NCBI GenBank assembly: GCA_963749655.1
Contig: CAVVOB010000038.1
Location: 96,001-160,000 of the forward strand
Origin: Nitrospirota bacterium
GTDB lineage: Bacteria > Nitrospirota > UBA9217
Direction: 5' to 3'
Length of the DNA: 64,000 nucleotides
Shown in pieces: positions 21,845-31,738 of this stretch (positions are counted from its first letter, which is position 1; each line of letters begins with the position of its first letter). The translations under genes and the position numbers were made by a program. The notes under the pieces are model-generated. The model saw only the letters and a list, made by a program, of their open reading frames with translations. It was not told the DNA's origin and searched no databases.

Positions 21845-22264
21845 CTACTTTGTTCCTTCTTGCCTGGCTTTGGCTTCTGATTTTTCCTTCTTTTTTCCTG
21901 AGAAATAGGCCTCCATGGGCCTCCATTCAAAGGTCGCGCTCTTGCCTGCGAAGCCCGCGAAGCTCTTCACCGCCAGATTGACCAGACCGATGGCCACGGC
22001 CGCAAAGAACCCGATCGGCAGCATGACGATGTAGGCCAGCCCGATAAAGGGGGCGGTTGCGATCTTGCCGACGGCCTTCATGATTCCCTTGAATCCGCCG
22101 GTCTGCTCGATATAGCCGAGATCGTCCTTGCCGGTTTCCACAACGGTCTTGAACGGCTTGGGTTTCAGGACTTCCCAGAAAATCAGGAACCCGGCAATGG
22201 CAAGAAGCGACATGATGTACTCGATTCCCTTTACGTGGGTAATGAAATCAACAAGTGTAAACAT
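21845..22264 (-). CDS. Small membrane protein with an HmcD-like N-terminus (paralog of 22856-23257)
   Basis: MFTLVDFITHVKGIEY resembles HmcD from memory; high identity to its paralog. Confidence 0.65.
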   Translation of the reverse strand: MFTLVDFITHVKGIEYIMSLLAIAGFLIFWEVLKPKPFKTVVETGKDDLGYIEQTGGFKGIMKAVGKIATAPFIGLAYIVMLPIGFFAAVAIGLVNLAVKSFAGFAGKSATFEWRPMEAYFSGKKKEKSEAKARQEGTK

Positions 22265-22361
22265 GGCATTGCCTCCTCTCGTTACATTAGAATGTTTGTG
22301 TTCTCAGTGCGCGGCCCTCTGCGACGTTACGGCCCCGATGCGTGATTCACCGCGCACGCCG

Positions 22362-22703
22362 TCACTTCTTCTCCTCTTTCTTTTTCTTCTTTCCCGACAG
22401 ATAGGCGCTTCGGGGCTGCCAACCGAAGGAGATGCTCTTCGCAACCAGGTTGTACATGCCGCCGAGGACTTTGCGTCCGGCCACGCCCGCGACCGTTGCG
22501 ATGCCGATGAAGGGCATCAGGATCGCATAAAGGAGCCCGATTACCGGACCTGCCAGCAACATGACACCTGTTGACATCTTCCAATAGGTTGCCGTCTCAT
22601 CGCCTGGGAGTATGCCCTCATCGGCAAAATCGATCCTGTGTCCTTTGCGCAGGTCCCAGTACGTTCCCTTGCCTACCCTATGTCCGCCTCGTGTGGTAAG
22701 CAT
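22362..22703 (-). CDS. Small membrane protein (paralog of 23315-23653)
   Basis: GGH.V.KGTYWDL N-terminus; strong AGGAGG RBS. Confidence 0.75.
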   Translation of the reverse strand: MLTTRGGHRVGKGTYWDLRKGHRIDFADEGILPGDETATYWKMSTGVMLLAGPVIGLLYAILMPFIGIATVAGVAGRKVLGGMYNLVAKSISFGWQPRSAYLSGKKKKKEEKK

Positions 22704-22855
22704 AGTGTGTCACCTCCTTAGTCCGACGTTTGGCTGATTCGCCCTTTCTGAAGTATACAATATCATTGTCCAGTCCATACGACTATTGTCACTTGTTCCT
22801 AATTAGATAGGTATATTGTCTTAGAACTAAAATGTTAAATAAGTTGCACAATATT

Positions 22856-23257
22856 CTATCTACCCTCGTTACGGTCGTCCTTTTTCTTTTTTCCGGTAAA
22901 GTAGGCTTCCATCGGCCTCCAGTCGAAAGTCATGGACGTTCCGAACATGGTGCCCAGGCCCTTCATCGCCAAGTTGATCCCGCCGATCCCGAGCGCCGCT
23001 GCAAAGCCCACAGGCAGCATGGCAAGGTAAGCCAGGCCGATGAACGGAGCAGCGGCGATCTTGCCGACGGTCCTCATGATGTCCCCGAGGCCTCTCTGCT
23101 GGAGGTGTTCCAGGTCCTCTTTGCCCGCCGCGACCACGGTCTTGAACGGCGCAGGCTTCAGGATCTCCCAGAAGAGGAGGAACCCGCCTATGGCGGAGAT
23201 GGACAGGATGTACTCGATTCCCTTGATGTGAGTGATGAAGTCTACCAGTGTATACAT
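22856..23257 (-). CDS. Small membrane protein with an HmcD-like N-terminus (paralog of 21845-22264)
   Basis: MYTLVDFITHIKGIEY; RBS AAGGAG. Confidence 0.65.
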   Translation of the reverse strand: MYTLVDFITHIKGIEYILSISAIGGFLLFWEILKPAPFKTVVAAGKEDLEHLQQRGLGDIMRTVGKIAAAPFIGLAYLAMLPVGFAAALGIGGINLAMKGLGTMFGTSMTFDWRPMEAYFTGKKKKDDRNEGR

Positions 23258-23314
23258 GAACCGTATCTCCTTTCGTTGTCGGTTTCTCCGTTCGTCCTGC
23301 GGATCGCCGGAGTG

Positions 23315-23653
23315 CTACTTGGTGCCGCCCTTTTTCTTCTTGCCCGACAGATAGGCATTGCGCGGTCGCCAGCCGAATGACACGCTCTTGGCAGCCAGGT
23401 TGTACATGCCGCCGAGAAGTGCGCGTCCGGTGAGGACCGTTACGGTTGCTATGCCGATGAACGGCATCATCACCGCGTAGAGAAGCCCGATGACGGGGCC
23501 CGACAGCAGCATCGCGCCCGGCGACATCCTTACGTAGGTTGCGTTCCCGCCTCCCGCGAGCACCGCTTCACTGAATACGTCGACCCTTCTGCCGCTAGCT
23601 AAATCCCAGTACGTTCCCTTTTCAACTGTGTGTCCTCCCTTGTAAGTAAGCAT
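23315..23653 (-). CDS. Small membrane protein (paralog of 22362-22703)
   Basis: MLTYKGGHTVEKGTYWDL; RBS AGGAGG. Confidence 0.75.
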   Translation of the reverse strand: MLTYKGGHTVEKGTYWDLASGRRVDVFSEAVLAGGGNATYVRMSPGAMLLSGPVIGLLYAVMMPFIGIATVTVLTGRALLGGMYNLAAKSVSFGWRPRNAYLSGKKKKGGTK

Positions 23654-24185
23654 TGTGTGTTCCTCCTTTCCGTAGATTTGATTTACTTTACCTTGTATAT
23701 ATCAGGGATCGGATTCTTTGTATATTGGTAGAAGTTCCTAGGCAGGGGGGGATTATGTCGTAAAATTCGTATATTTATTGAGAAGAGAGCAGGGAATCGC
23801 TTCGGAAAGTTGCAGCAATGAGCAAAACGGGGAAGGCACAGTGTCGGTTTTTCAATCAGTTACGGGAGGAACGCGGCTCAAAAAGGATAGGATGCTTGTG
23901 GACCGAGAACAAATCCAGAGGATTGAGAGAGGATCTCTTTTTTCTACGAACGGCTTTTGATTTGTCGGGTTTCGTTTCGTTCTAGCCGGCCTGTTGGCTA
24001 ACACGGAGTTTAATCCCGCGCTGGAACGCGCGGTCTGAACAACTTGATAATTTACTTTCAAAGCAGGTAGCAATATTTCAACTGATACATTATTCTCTGA
24101 AGTAAGCAAGAGCATTAAAGGTATCTGTCTCCATTTGTCGAGAGCGTTCACATTTGCTCCGTTGGAAAGAAGCAAATGCAGTTGC

Positions 24186-24266
24186 GTAGGTTGGGCTACG
24201 CTTCGCAGCCCAACATCTTGATTCTTGATGCGTTGGGCTTCAGTCAAAGCGTTCAGCCCAACCTAC
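24186..24266. repeat. REPIN-like element, copy 1 (inverted pair of GTAG REPs, 81 bp)
   Basis: GTAGGTTGGGCT...AGCCCAACCTAC; near-identical 81-bp copy at 24709-24789. Confidence 0.85.
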
Positions 24267-24334
24267 CACTGAGGGCGTCCGGTTGAGCCACGTGTGTACG
24301 CCCGACCGTCTTAGATTAGATGTCGGGCTTGAGC

Positions 24335-24679
24335 TTACTCTTGCCTGACTATATCGACCGAGATCTCCACCGCCGAAACCGTTCCTCTGTTTTCAAGCCA
24401 GTGTGTGGTGTTTCTATCCTCGGGCCAGCCCACTCCCGGTCCATAGTCCGTAGCGACTCCCTTTCGATGGTCAGTGATCGTTCCTTGCAGTATATAGACG
24501 GTGCCTGGTCTGTCTTTATGGTCGTGAATCGGGCCGAAGACGCCTCCTGGCTCGATGGTCACCATACGCATTCGAAGTTGGCGCCCTGCCATGCCCTCGA
24601 TCTCAGGACCAAGGTCAACCGCTGCAAGTAACTTCACCGTAACACCTTTCGTCTCGGGTGCCACCTGTTCGTTGCTCAT
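24335..24679 (-). CDS. Cupin domain protein
   Basis: TIEPGGVFGPIHDH..PG, HWLENRG cupin motifs; RBS GAGGAG. Confidence 0.85.
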   Translation of the reverse strand: MSNEQVAPETKGVTVKLLAAVDLGPEIEGMAGRQLRMRMVTIEPGGVFGPIHDHKDRPGTVYILQGTITDHRKGVATDYGPGVGWPEDRNTTHWLENRGTVSAVEISVDIVRQE

Positions 24680-24708
24680 CGTGCTCTCCTCTTTGTACTT
24701 CCAATCGC

Positions 24709-24789
24709 GTAGGTTGGGCTACACTTCGCAGTCCAACATCGTGATTCTTGATGCGTTGGGCTTCAGTCAAACCCTTCAGCCCAACCTAC
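24709..24789. repeat. REPIN-like element, copy 2
   Basis: Direct repeat of 24186-24266 with a few substitutions. Confidence 0.85.
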
Positions 24790-24870
24790 CTGCTGAAAAT
24801 ACTTCACGCAACTGCGAAAATAATTGCACTCTTAAAAAAGAAGCTATCAGCAACACGGCTTCTTGAAGAT

Positions 24871-25400
24871 TCACCGCATCATGCTTTCGGCGATGTTTAC
24901 CAGTTCGAAGGGAGGGGCTTTCATGGCAAGAACGATCCTGCTGCCGCCTTCGGTCCAGGAGATCCTGCTGCAAGGCGTCTTGTCCCGGCAGACTCCGACT
25001 TCGAGAAGGGCGGCTCTGCCCTTTATAGCGTAGGCGACCGTTCTCGTGGTCTGCGCAATCGGAATGAGCGAGGGGGGAGTAAAAGCATCGGACCCTGCCT
25101 GGGAGATGACGAGCGCGACGTCGCGAGTGCCGGCTGCGTTGAAGATCATGATCACGGCGTGATAGGGCTTTGCCTGGGCCAGGATCTCCGTGGGCGGCCA
25201 CGAGATGCTCTGCGGGAAGTAGGATGGTACGCGCAGGTCCCGGAGGTTCAGCTTTGCCGTCACCTCTTCGACGCTGTTGTACCTGCTCATCATGTCCTTC
25301 TGGAGCAGCGTGGGCACCCATCCGAGGAAGTCTTCAGGGACAGGACCACGGCAGCCGCGGCCAGGATGAAATAGAGCAGACCCTTGATACCGGATTTCAT
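24871..25400 (-). CDS. Hypothetical membrane-anchored protein, frameshifted near 25330
   Basis: MKSGIKGLLYFIL.. N-terminus joins the 148-aa ORF (WVPTLLQKD) after one indel. Confidence 0.6.
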
Positions 25401-25416
25401 GACAGTCACTCCCCGA

Positions 25417-26408
25417 TCATACGACGTAGTAGTTGATGCCCGCAATGACCAGCAAGGCAAGAATAAAGGGAATCCAGCTTGACTGGCGCTTGTTTGCCCT
25501 GCCCTGTTCAAGCCTTGCTATCCTGTTGTCGAGCTGGATGTTGTAGCTGTACTCCTCGAGGCGCACCGGCGCGAACAAAGGCTTATGCTCCGGTTCTGGC
25601 TCCGGCTCCTTCCGCTCGACAAGGAACTTTTTCAGCGCATTCGCCAGCGACTCCGGACGCTGGGACAGGGAAACGGCAATATCGTCGCAGATCTTCTCCT
25701 CGTTCCGGACGACCCTCCTGAACTCGATCAGCGCCACGGGATTGAAGAACAGGAGCATTCTGAGAGAAAAACGGCAAGGATCACCGGCCGCCTGCTGCGG
25801 GCGATGTGCCCCAGCTCGTGGGCAAAGGCCGCTTCCATCTCCTCGGGCGTGAGAGCTTCGGCAAGGCCGGTGGATATGTAGATTGCGGGGTTCTTTCCGG
25901 TCGATGAAAAGATGATAAGCTCGTCGTCCTCCACGAGAAGAATGTCGGGCGGATCGATCGAGAGGGCCCGGGACATTTTAGCCAGGAACGGATCAGGTCC
26001 GCACAGTTCCCCCTCATGCTCGGCAACACGCGACTCCAGGGAGTGCCTGACAACAGGGATCATTTCCTGGAGCAGAAATATGAGCGAGGTGATCCCCAGG
26101 ATGGCCAGGAACAACATCCCCAGCGGGGGAAACCCCCAGACTTCCATATTAAGCCACCGCGAGGCGTCGAAGAGAGCGGACAGCCGGAAGATCACGGATC
26201 CCCGGTCGGGGTTGATGAGTTGATAGAGGGGAAAAGAAAAAACGGGAAAGAGCACGACCACGAGCCTGAATCGCTGGCGCACCGCGGGGTTTTCGATCTT
26301 CCATGCACGCAGGGCCTGGTCCATGATGACCGATGCAACGAGCGAATGGGAGAAGGACTGAACGACGTACATGCCCGCGAGGGAGCTGAAGAATGCTGTT
26401 ATGCTCAT
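25417..26408 (-). CDS. M56/M48-type membrane zinc metallopeptidase (BlaR1-like), frameshifted near 25765
   Basis: TM helices, AHELGH, then FFNPVA..EEKICDD..LANALKK in the next frame. Confidence 0.8.
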
Positions 26409-26641
26409 TGTCCATGGACCATAAGCCGCCGTCCTGCGATGTTTGGAGAAGGTTCGCCCTGTCTTAAAAGCCGTGTCACCGCCGAGTCGCGGAGACGCAG
26501 AGAATGCTGTTCAGATGGTTTAATTTGGCTTCTATATATATGATGAATTCACAAAGAAAAGCATGAGTGTTTCATGCGGCCTTTCTTCGCGGCTTTGTGT
26601 CTTCGTGTGAAAATACTTCTTTACGATTTCACTGTATATAT

Positions 26642-26772
26642 GATGTATTCGTAAAAAGTCAAAAACACCAAAGTACGGTCATTCCGGCTTGTCCGGAATC
26701 GTATCATATCATCGCGTTATGCGGCATCATGATTCCCGACAAGCGGGAATGACGACTTTTTACGAGGCAATC
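26642..26772. mobile_element. MITE-like element with a nested GTCATTCC-type palindromic repeat
   Basis: Terminal IRs GATGTATTCGTAAAAAGTC / GACTTTTTACGAGGCAATC with TATAT/ATATA flanks; internal GTCATTCCGGCTTGTCCGGAATC ... GATTCCCGACAAGCGGGAATGAC. Confidence 0.65.
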
Positions 26773-26933
26773 ATATAATAGTAGCGGCGACGAATCCTCA
26801 ATCTACCCTGCTGAGATTATACAGAAATCAGCGGATGGTTGCCAGTCTGATTTGGCGGCCTGATTGCAAAGCAGAAGGGTTTCAATTATAATTAACTCGT
26901 TGCGCGCGGCGATTTCGCCGCAGGGGAGGGGCT

Positions 26934-27572
26934 ACGGAGACGTTCGATATCCTGGATTGCCGGGGCATAAAGACCGGGGAGACCATCGCGCGGGACGAAG
27001 CCCACCGGATTGGCGCGTGGCACGGCGCGTTTCACTGCCTTCTCGTGGGCGAACGCGGGGGCAGGAAGTATGCGCTCTTTCAGAAACGGTCGGCAGTCAA
27101 AAAGATCGCTCCCCGCAGGTTCGATGTGAGCGTGGGCGGGCATTACGCGAGCGGCGAGGACGCACGGGACGCGGGACCCCGCGAGATCAAAGAGGAACTC
27201 GGGATAGAAGTGCCGTATGCCGACCTTATCCCCCTCGGCCGCCGTGTCTTCGTGTACTGCTTTACCCAGGACGTCAGGGAATACGAGTTCCAGGACGTCT
27301 TTCTCCTGTGCCGCGACATTGCGCCCGAAGAGCTGCTCCTTCAGAAGGAAGAGCTCGAGGGCGTCGTCGAAATCGGCCTGGAGGAGGGGATTGCCCTCTT
27401 CTCCGGCAAAGTGCAGAAGCTGAAACTGATACTGCACAGAGCCGACGGGTCGCGGGAAGAAACGCTCGTGACCGCCGATGATTTCGTTCCTTGCCTGGAC
27501 AACTACTACCTCAAGCTTCTCCAGCTTGCCCGGCGATACCTGAACGGAGACCGCGAAGCGCTGGTTATTTGA
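26934..27572 (+). CDS. NUDIX hydrolase (IDI-like); start codon uncertain
   Basis: In-frame ETFDILD..G..RDEAHRIGAWH upstream of the called ORF, LFQKRS, GGHY.SGE..REIKEELG Nudix box. Confidence 0.85.
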   Translation, partial: TETFDILDCRGIKTGETIARDEAHRIGAWHGAFHCLLVGERGGRKYALFQKRSAVKKIAPRRFDVSVGGHYASGEDARDAGPREIKEELGIEVPYADLIPLGRRVFVYCFTQDVREYEFQDVFLLCRDIAPEELLLQKEELEGVVEIGLEEGIALFSGKVQKLKLILHRADGSREETLVTADDFVPCLDNYYLKLLQLARRYLNGDREALVI

Positions 27573-27820
27573 TTTTTTGACTGTAACCACAAGTGTCTTT
27601 CATCGCTGCTTGTTCACGTTTCCTGCAGGCAGGACCGCTCTCACGCCATAAGCATTTTACAGGTGGTTCCCTCTGAGATACCCCCCCGATGTAAATAATA
27701 ATTTTTTACGCCCTCCGCTTGACTCGCCGCATATCTCGGGTAAACTTAAAAATATAACGTACGTTACGAGGACTTTTTATTCACTCGCTACCGAGCGGGC
27801 GAGAGAGAAAGGTTATATCG

Positions 27821-28336
27821 TTGAAATTATCATGGCTCATCGGCGGCCTGATCGCCGCGGCAATCGTGCTGGCCGTTGTGCTGGCATTCATGTACGTTCT
27901 GCCGCTGGACCTTCTCGATCGTTCTCCCGTACAACCGATCGCCTTCAGCCACAAAATCCACGCAGGCGACAACAGCATACCCTGTCTTTTCTGTCATCGC
28001 TCCGCGCCGAGATCAGCGGTTGCCGGCATCCCCGCAGTGGCGGACTGCCGGGCCTGTCACCTGTTCATCGCCCAGAACGCCCCGGAGATCAAGAAGCTCA
28101 TGACTTACTGGGACAACAAGCAGCCCATCCCCTGGGTCAGGGTCTACTGGGTGCCGGACTTCGTCTATTTCCCGCACATGATGCATATTCGCGCGGGTCG
28201 CGCCTGCACCGAGTGCCACGGCGACGTGGCGCACATGGCGCGCGTCACGCGGAAGCAGAAGCTGGAAATGGGCTGGTGCCTCGACTGCCACAAGCAGCAC
28301 AAGGCGAGCATCGATTGCTGGACGTGCCATAAATGA
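27821..28336 (+). CDS. Pentaheme cytochrome c (ActA/QrcA-like)
   Basis: TM anchor, QPIAFSHKIH, five CxxCH, IPWVRV..PDFVYFPH, MGWC. Confidence 0.9.
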   Translation: MKLSWLIGGLIAAAIVLAVVLAFMYVLPLDLLDRSPVQPIAFSHKIHAGDNSIPCLFCHRSAPRSAVAGIPAVADCRACHLFIAQNAPEIKKLMTYWDNKQPIPWVRVYWVPDFVYFPHMMHIRAGRACTECHGDVAHMARVTRKQKLEMGWCLDCHKQHKASIDCWTCHK

Positions 28337-28471
28337 ATGCAAGGCCGAATTCGAACCGCGGGAGGCGTCGGAGACACGAGAGAAAGTTAATGGTTTGTAA
28401 TGAGCGACGTCATCGTCTGCTCTGCAGCGGCGATTTTTTTTTCAGGTGCAATGTTCAAAAAGGGAGCTTGA

Positions 28472-30664
28472 ATGGATCGCAGGACCTTTCTCCAATTAAG
28501 CGGAATGACGGCTGCTGCGGCCGCGCTTTCGGGCTGCAAATCGGCGAATGAGAAGATCATTCCCTATCTCATTCCGCCCGACGAGGGAGTGACTCCCGGC
28601 ATCGCGAATTATTATGCCAGCACCTGCCGGTCCTGCCCTGCCGGATGCGGCATCCTTGTCCGGGTGTCGGAGGGCCGGGCAAAAAAGATCGAAGGCAATC
28701 CTCTCCATCCCGTGAACAGGGGAAAACTCTGCGCGCGGGGTCAGGCTGCTCTTCAGGAGCTCTATCATCCCGATCGGGTGCCGCAGCCCATGAAGCGAAC
28801 CGGTGCGCGCGGTTCAGGGGCGTTTACGAAGATCACCTGGGAAGAGGCGCTCACGCTGCTGGTGGAGAAGCTCAAGAACCTGCAGCAATCGAAGATGACC
28901 GCCGGTCTTGCCCTCGTTACCCCGCAGCTGAGCGGCACCATGGCGGAACTCGTGACCCGCTTCACGCGCTCTTACGGTTCGCCGAACCACGTGTCCTACG
29001 AATTGCTCGTCCCGGACTGGCTCCGCGCCGCAAATCGCAAAAGCTTCGGCCAGGCAAGCCTGCCCTTCTATGATATGAGCGAGACCCGGTATCTGCTCAG
29101 CTTCGGCGCTGATTTCGTGGAAAGTCATCTTTCTCCGGTCCAGTACGGCTATGCCTTCGGCAGGATGCGCCAGGCCAGGGACACGGTGCGGGGCCACTTC
29201 ACCTATGTGGGCGGCCGCATGTCGCTGACTGCTGCCTCGGCAGACCGCTGGATGCCTGCCCGACCGGGAAGCGAAGGGGTGCTGGCCCTCGGCATTGCGC
29301 GCCTGATTCTCGCAGAATCCCTTCATGACCAGGCTTCCCTTGCAGCGAACGGGCTCCGTAAAGAAACGCTGCTGCAGGGGCTCAAGGCTTACGACCTAAC
29401 CCGTGTCGCGGATGAGACGGGGCTGACCGAAAAGGCCATTGCCGAAGTCGCCCGCGAGTTCACGGCAACCAGACCTTCGCTCGCCATGGCAGGCGAGGCT
29501 GTTGCCTTCCAGAGCAACGGCCAGGAAACGGTCCGCGCAATCAACCTCCTGAACGTGCTCGCGGGGAATCTGAACCGTATCGGCGGGATCTACCCGGACA
29601 ACGGGTCCCCGGAGGGGCCGGCAAATTCCTTTAACGAGCTCAACTCTCTCATCAAAAAAATGGCGGGCAGCAGCATCCAGCTCGCCATGATCCTCGGCGA
29701 TCCTGTGCACACCGTTCCCCAGGCAACAAAATTCCAGGAGGCCCTCTCGAAGGTCCCGTTCATCGTGAGCTTGTCCTCGTTCATGGACGATACGGCCCTG
29801 CAGGCCGACCTGATCCTGCCGGACCACGCAGGACTCGAGAGCTGGGGTGATGTCATTCCGCTTGCCGGCACGCGGGACAGCGTGGTCGGACTGATGCAGC
29901 CGGTGGTAAATCCTGTTTTCGATACGCGGCAGTCCGCCGAGGTTCTGATGACCGCGGCCCATGAATTAGGCGGGGCGATGAAGGCTGCATTCCCCTTCGA
30001 GACATATCTCGATATGCTGAAGACGGGGATGAAAAAGCGGGTGAGCGGCGGCGGAAAGGATTTCGAGGCGACATGGGTCGAGTTCCTTAAGCAGGGCGGG
30101 CTCTTCAAAACGAACCAGGGCCAGGGCAAGGCATTCCGCTGGCAGGCAGGCGCGGGGATCCCCAATCCTGCCAAGCCCGACTTCGCAGGCAATGAGAAGG
30201 AGTTCCCGCTCCATCTTCAGGTCTATCCCTCAACGGCTTTTTATGACGGCCGCGGCGCATCGCTCCCCTGGCTGCAGCAGCTGCCTGATCCCATGACCAC
30301 GGCGGTCTGGGACAGCTGGGTCGAGCTTAATCCGAAAACCGCGCAGGAGCTCGGCATCAATTTCGGAGACCTGGTCGAGGTGAGCTCTCCGCAGGGGTCC
30401 CTTCGCGTTCCCGCGGTGATCTATCCCGGCATCAGGCCGGACATGGCTGCCATGCCCATGGGGCAGGGACATCTCGACAATGGACGCTATGCAAAGGGAA
30501 GAGGGGTGAATCCCCTCCATATTTTAGCGTTGGTTGATAATAAGGATGCTCAACCTGCCTGGAATGCCACGCGGGTGCGGATCAAGAAGATCTCGGACAA
30601 GGGCGAGCTGGTGGTTTACGGAAATCCGCAGGGGAGCTTCCGGAGCGAGCTGATAGAGATATAG
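28472..30664 (+). CDS. Tat-exported molybdopterin-oxidoreductase-fold subunit (ActB1/QrcB-like)
   Basis: DRRTFL Tat motif with lipobox LSGC, CRSCPAGC..C, EGNPLHPVN, WLQQLPDPMT..WD. Confidence 0.9.
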   Translation: MDRRTFLQLSGMTAAAAALSGCKSANEKIIPYLIPPDEGVTPGIANYYASTCRSCPAGCGILVRVSEGRAKKIEGNPLHPVNRGKLCARGQAALQELYHPDRVPQPMKRTGARGSGAFTKITWEEALTLLVEKLKNLQQSKMTAGLALVTPQLSGTMAELVTRFTRSYGSPNHVSYELLVPDWLRAANRKSFGQASLPFYDMSETRYLLSFGADFVESHLSPVQYGYAFGRMRQARDTVRGHFTYVGGRMSLTAASADRWMPARPGSEGVLALGIARLILAESLHDQASLAANGLRKETLLQGLKAYDLTRVADETGLTEKAIAEVAREFTATRPSLAMAGEAVAFQSNGQETVRAINLLNVLAGNLNRIGGIYPDNGSPEGPANSFNELNSLIKKMAGSSIQLAMILGDPVHTVPQATKFQEALSKVPFIVSLSSFMDDTALQADLILPDHAGLESWGDVIPLAGTRDSVVGLMQPVVNPVFDTRQSAEVLMTAAHELGGAMKAAFPFETYLDMLKTGMKKRVSGGGKDFEATWVEFLKQGGLFKTNQGQGKAFRWQAGAGIPNPAKPDFAGNEKEFPLHLQVYPSTAFYDGRGASLPWLQQLPDPMTTAVWDSWVELNPKTAQELGINFGDLVEVSSPQGSLRVPAVIYPGIRPDMAAMPMGQGHLDNGRYAKGRGVNPLHILALVDNKDAQPAWNATRVRIKKISDKGELVVYGNPQGSFRSELIEI

Positions 30665-30690
30665 TCAGGAGTCAGGAGTCAGGAGTCAGG
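30663..30690. repeat. Perfect heptamer tandem repeat (AGTCAGG)x4
   Basis: Four exact units right at the stop codon of the upstream gene. Confidence 0.9.
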
Positions 30691-30716
30691 AGGATTCCAC
30701 TTTCAAAGCAAGAGTT

Positions 30717-30806
30717 TCGCGCCAAGACGCAAAGGCGCAAAGAAAGTCTTTTTTTAAACGAGATCAAATTTTGAGATTCTCTTGGCGTCTTTGCGACTTT
30801 GCGCGA
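30717..30806. repeat. Bipartite inverted repeat built from 9-nt units (family also at 33748-33833, 35806-35911, 54572-54663, 58145-58253)
   Basis: TCGCGCCAAGACGCAAAGGCGCAAAG ... CTTGGCGTCTTTGCGACTTTGCGCGA with an AT-rich spacer. Confidence 0.75.
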
Positions 30807-30837
30807 GACTGCTTTCAGAGAATGAGGATTTCCGATC

Positions 30838-31557
30838 ATGGAAAAAATCACGAGTCCCTATAAATGGGGAATGGTCGTGGACCTCGACCGCTGCACCGGA
30901 TGCGGGGCCTGCGTGGTGGCCTGCCAGGCCGAGAACAACGTGGCCATCTGCGGGAAGAAGGAGATCGCCGAAGGCCGCGACATGCACTGGCTCAGGATCG
31001 AGCGTTTCTGGGTGGGCGAATACCCCGACGTACGCGTGAAGTTTCTTCCTGTGCTCTGTCAGCACTGCCACGACGCGCCCTGCGAGCCCGTCTGCCCGGT
31101 CTATGCCAGCTATCACAACCCCGACGGACTGAACGGCCAGGTCTACAACCGCTGCGTGGGCACACGCTACTGCGGGAATAACTGTCCCTATGCCGTGCGC
31201 GTGTTCAATTTTTACGATCACGAGCATTCATGGCCCCATCCTCTCAACTATCAACTCTCGCCTGATATTACGGTGCGCTCGCGCGGGGTTATGGAAAAAT
31301 GTTCGTTCTGCATCCAGCGCATCCGGAGAGTCAAGGAAGATGCAAAAGCCGAAGGCCGCCTGATCAAAGACGGCGAGGTGCAGCCTGCGTGTGCGCAGAC
31401 CTGCCCATCCGAGGCACTGGTGTTCGGCAACATGGCGGACCCGGAAAGCCGTGTTGCGAGGCTCAGCCGCAGCCCGCGGGGCTTCCGGCTCCTGGAGCAC
31501 CTGGGTGCGCATCCCTCGATCACCTATCTCAAGGGAGGGGGAAGGGAACATGTATAG
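30838..31557 (+). CDS. 4Fe-4S dicluster subunit (ActB2/QrcC-like)
   Basis: WGMVVDLDRCTGCGACVVACQAENN, CQHC..PCEPVCP, YNRCVGTRYC.NNCPY, RGVMEKC. Confidence 0.93.
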   Translation: MEKITSPYKWGMVVDLDRCTGCGACVVACQAENNVAICGKKEIAEGRDMHWLRIERFWVGEYPDVRVKFLPVLCQHCHDAPCEPVCPVYASYHNPDGLNGQVYNRCVGTRYCGNNCPYAVRVFNFYDHEHSWPHPLNYQLSPDITVRSRGVMEKCSFCIQRIRRVKEDAKAEGRLIKDGEVQPACAQTCPSEALVFGNMADPESRVARLSRSPRGFRLLEHLGAHPSITYLKGGGREHV

Positions 31558-31738
31558 GAAATGCGGAATAATTCAAATGCGGAATGCGGAATTCTGGAGT
31601 GCGGAATGAAAGGCGAATGCGAGAATGCGGATCACACAAGTTTACGCATCAGCTTGTGACCGCATAAACACATTTACATGTTCTCGACAACCTGAGACTC
31701 GAAACTTGAAACTTGAAACCTGAACCCGAAGGAGAAGT

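Noticed and set aside
23852-24247. 131-aa ORF as an intact gene
   Set aside because: It starts inside the REPIN and holds only a fragmentary ankyrin-like motif; probably a remnant.
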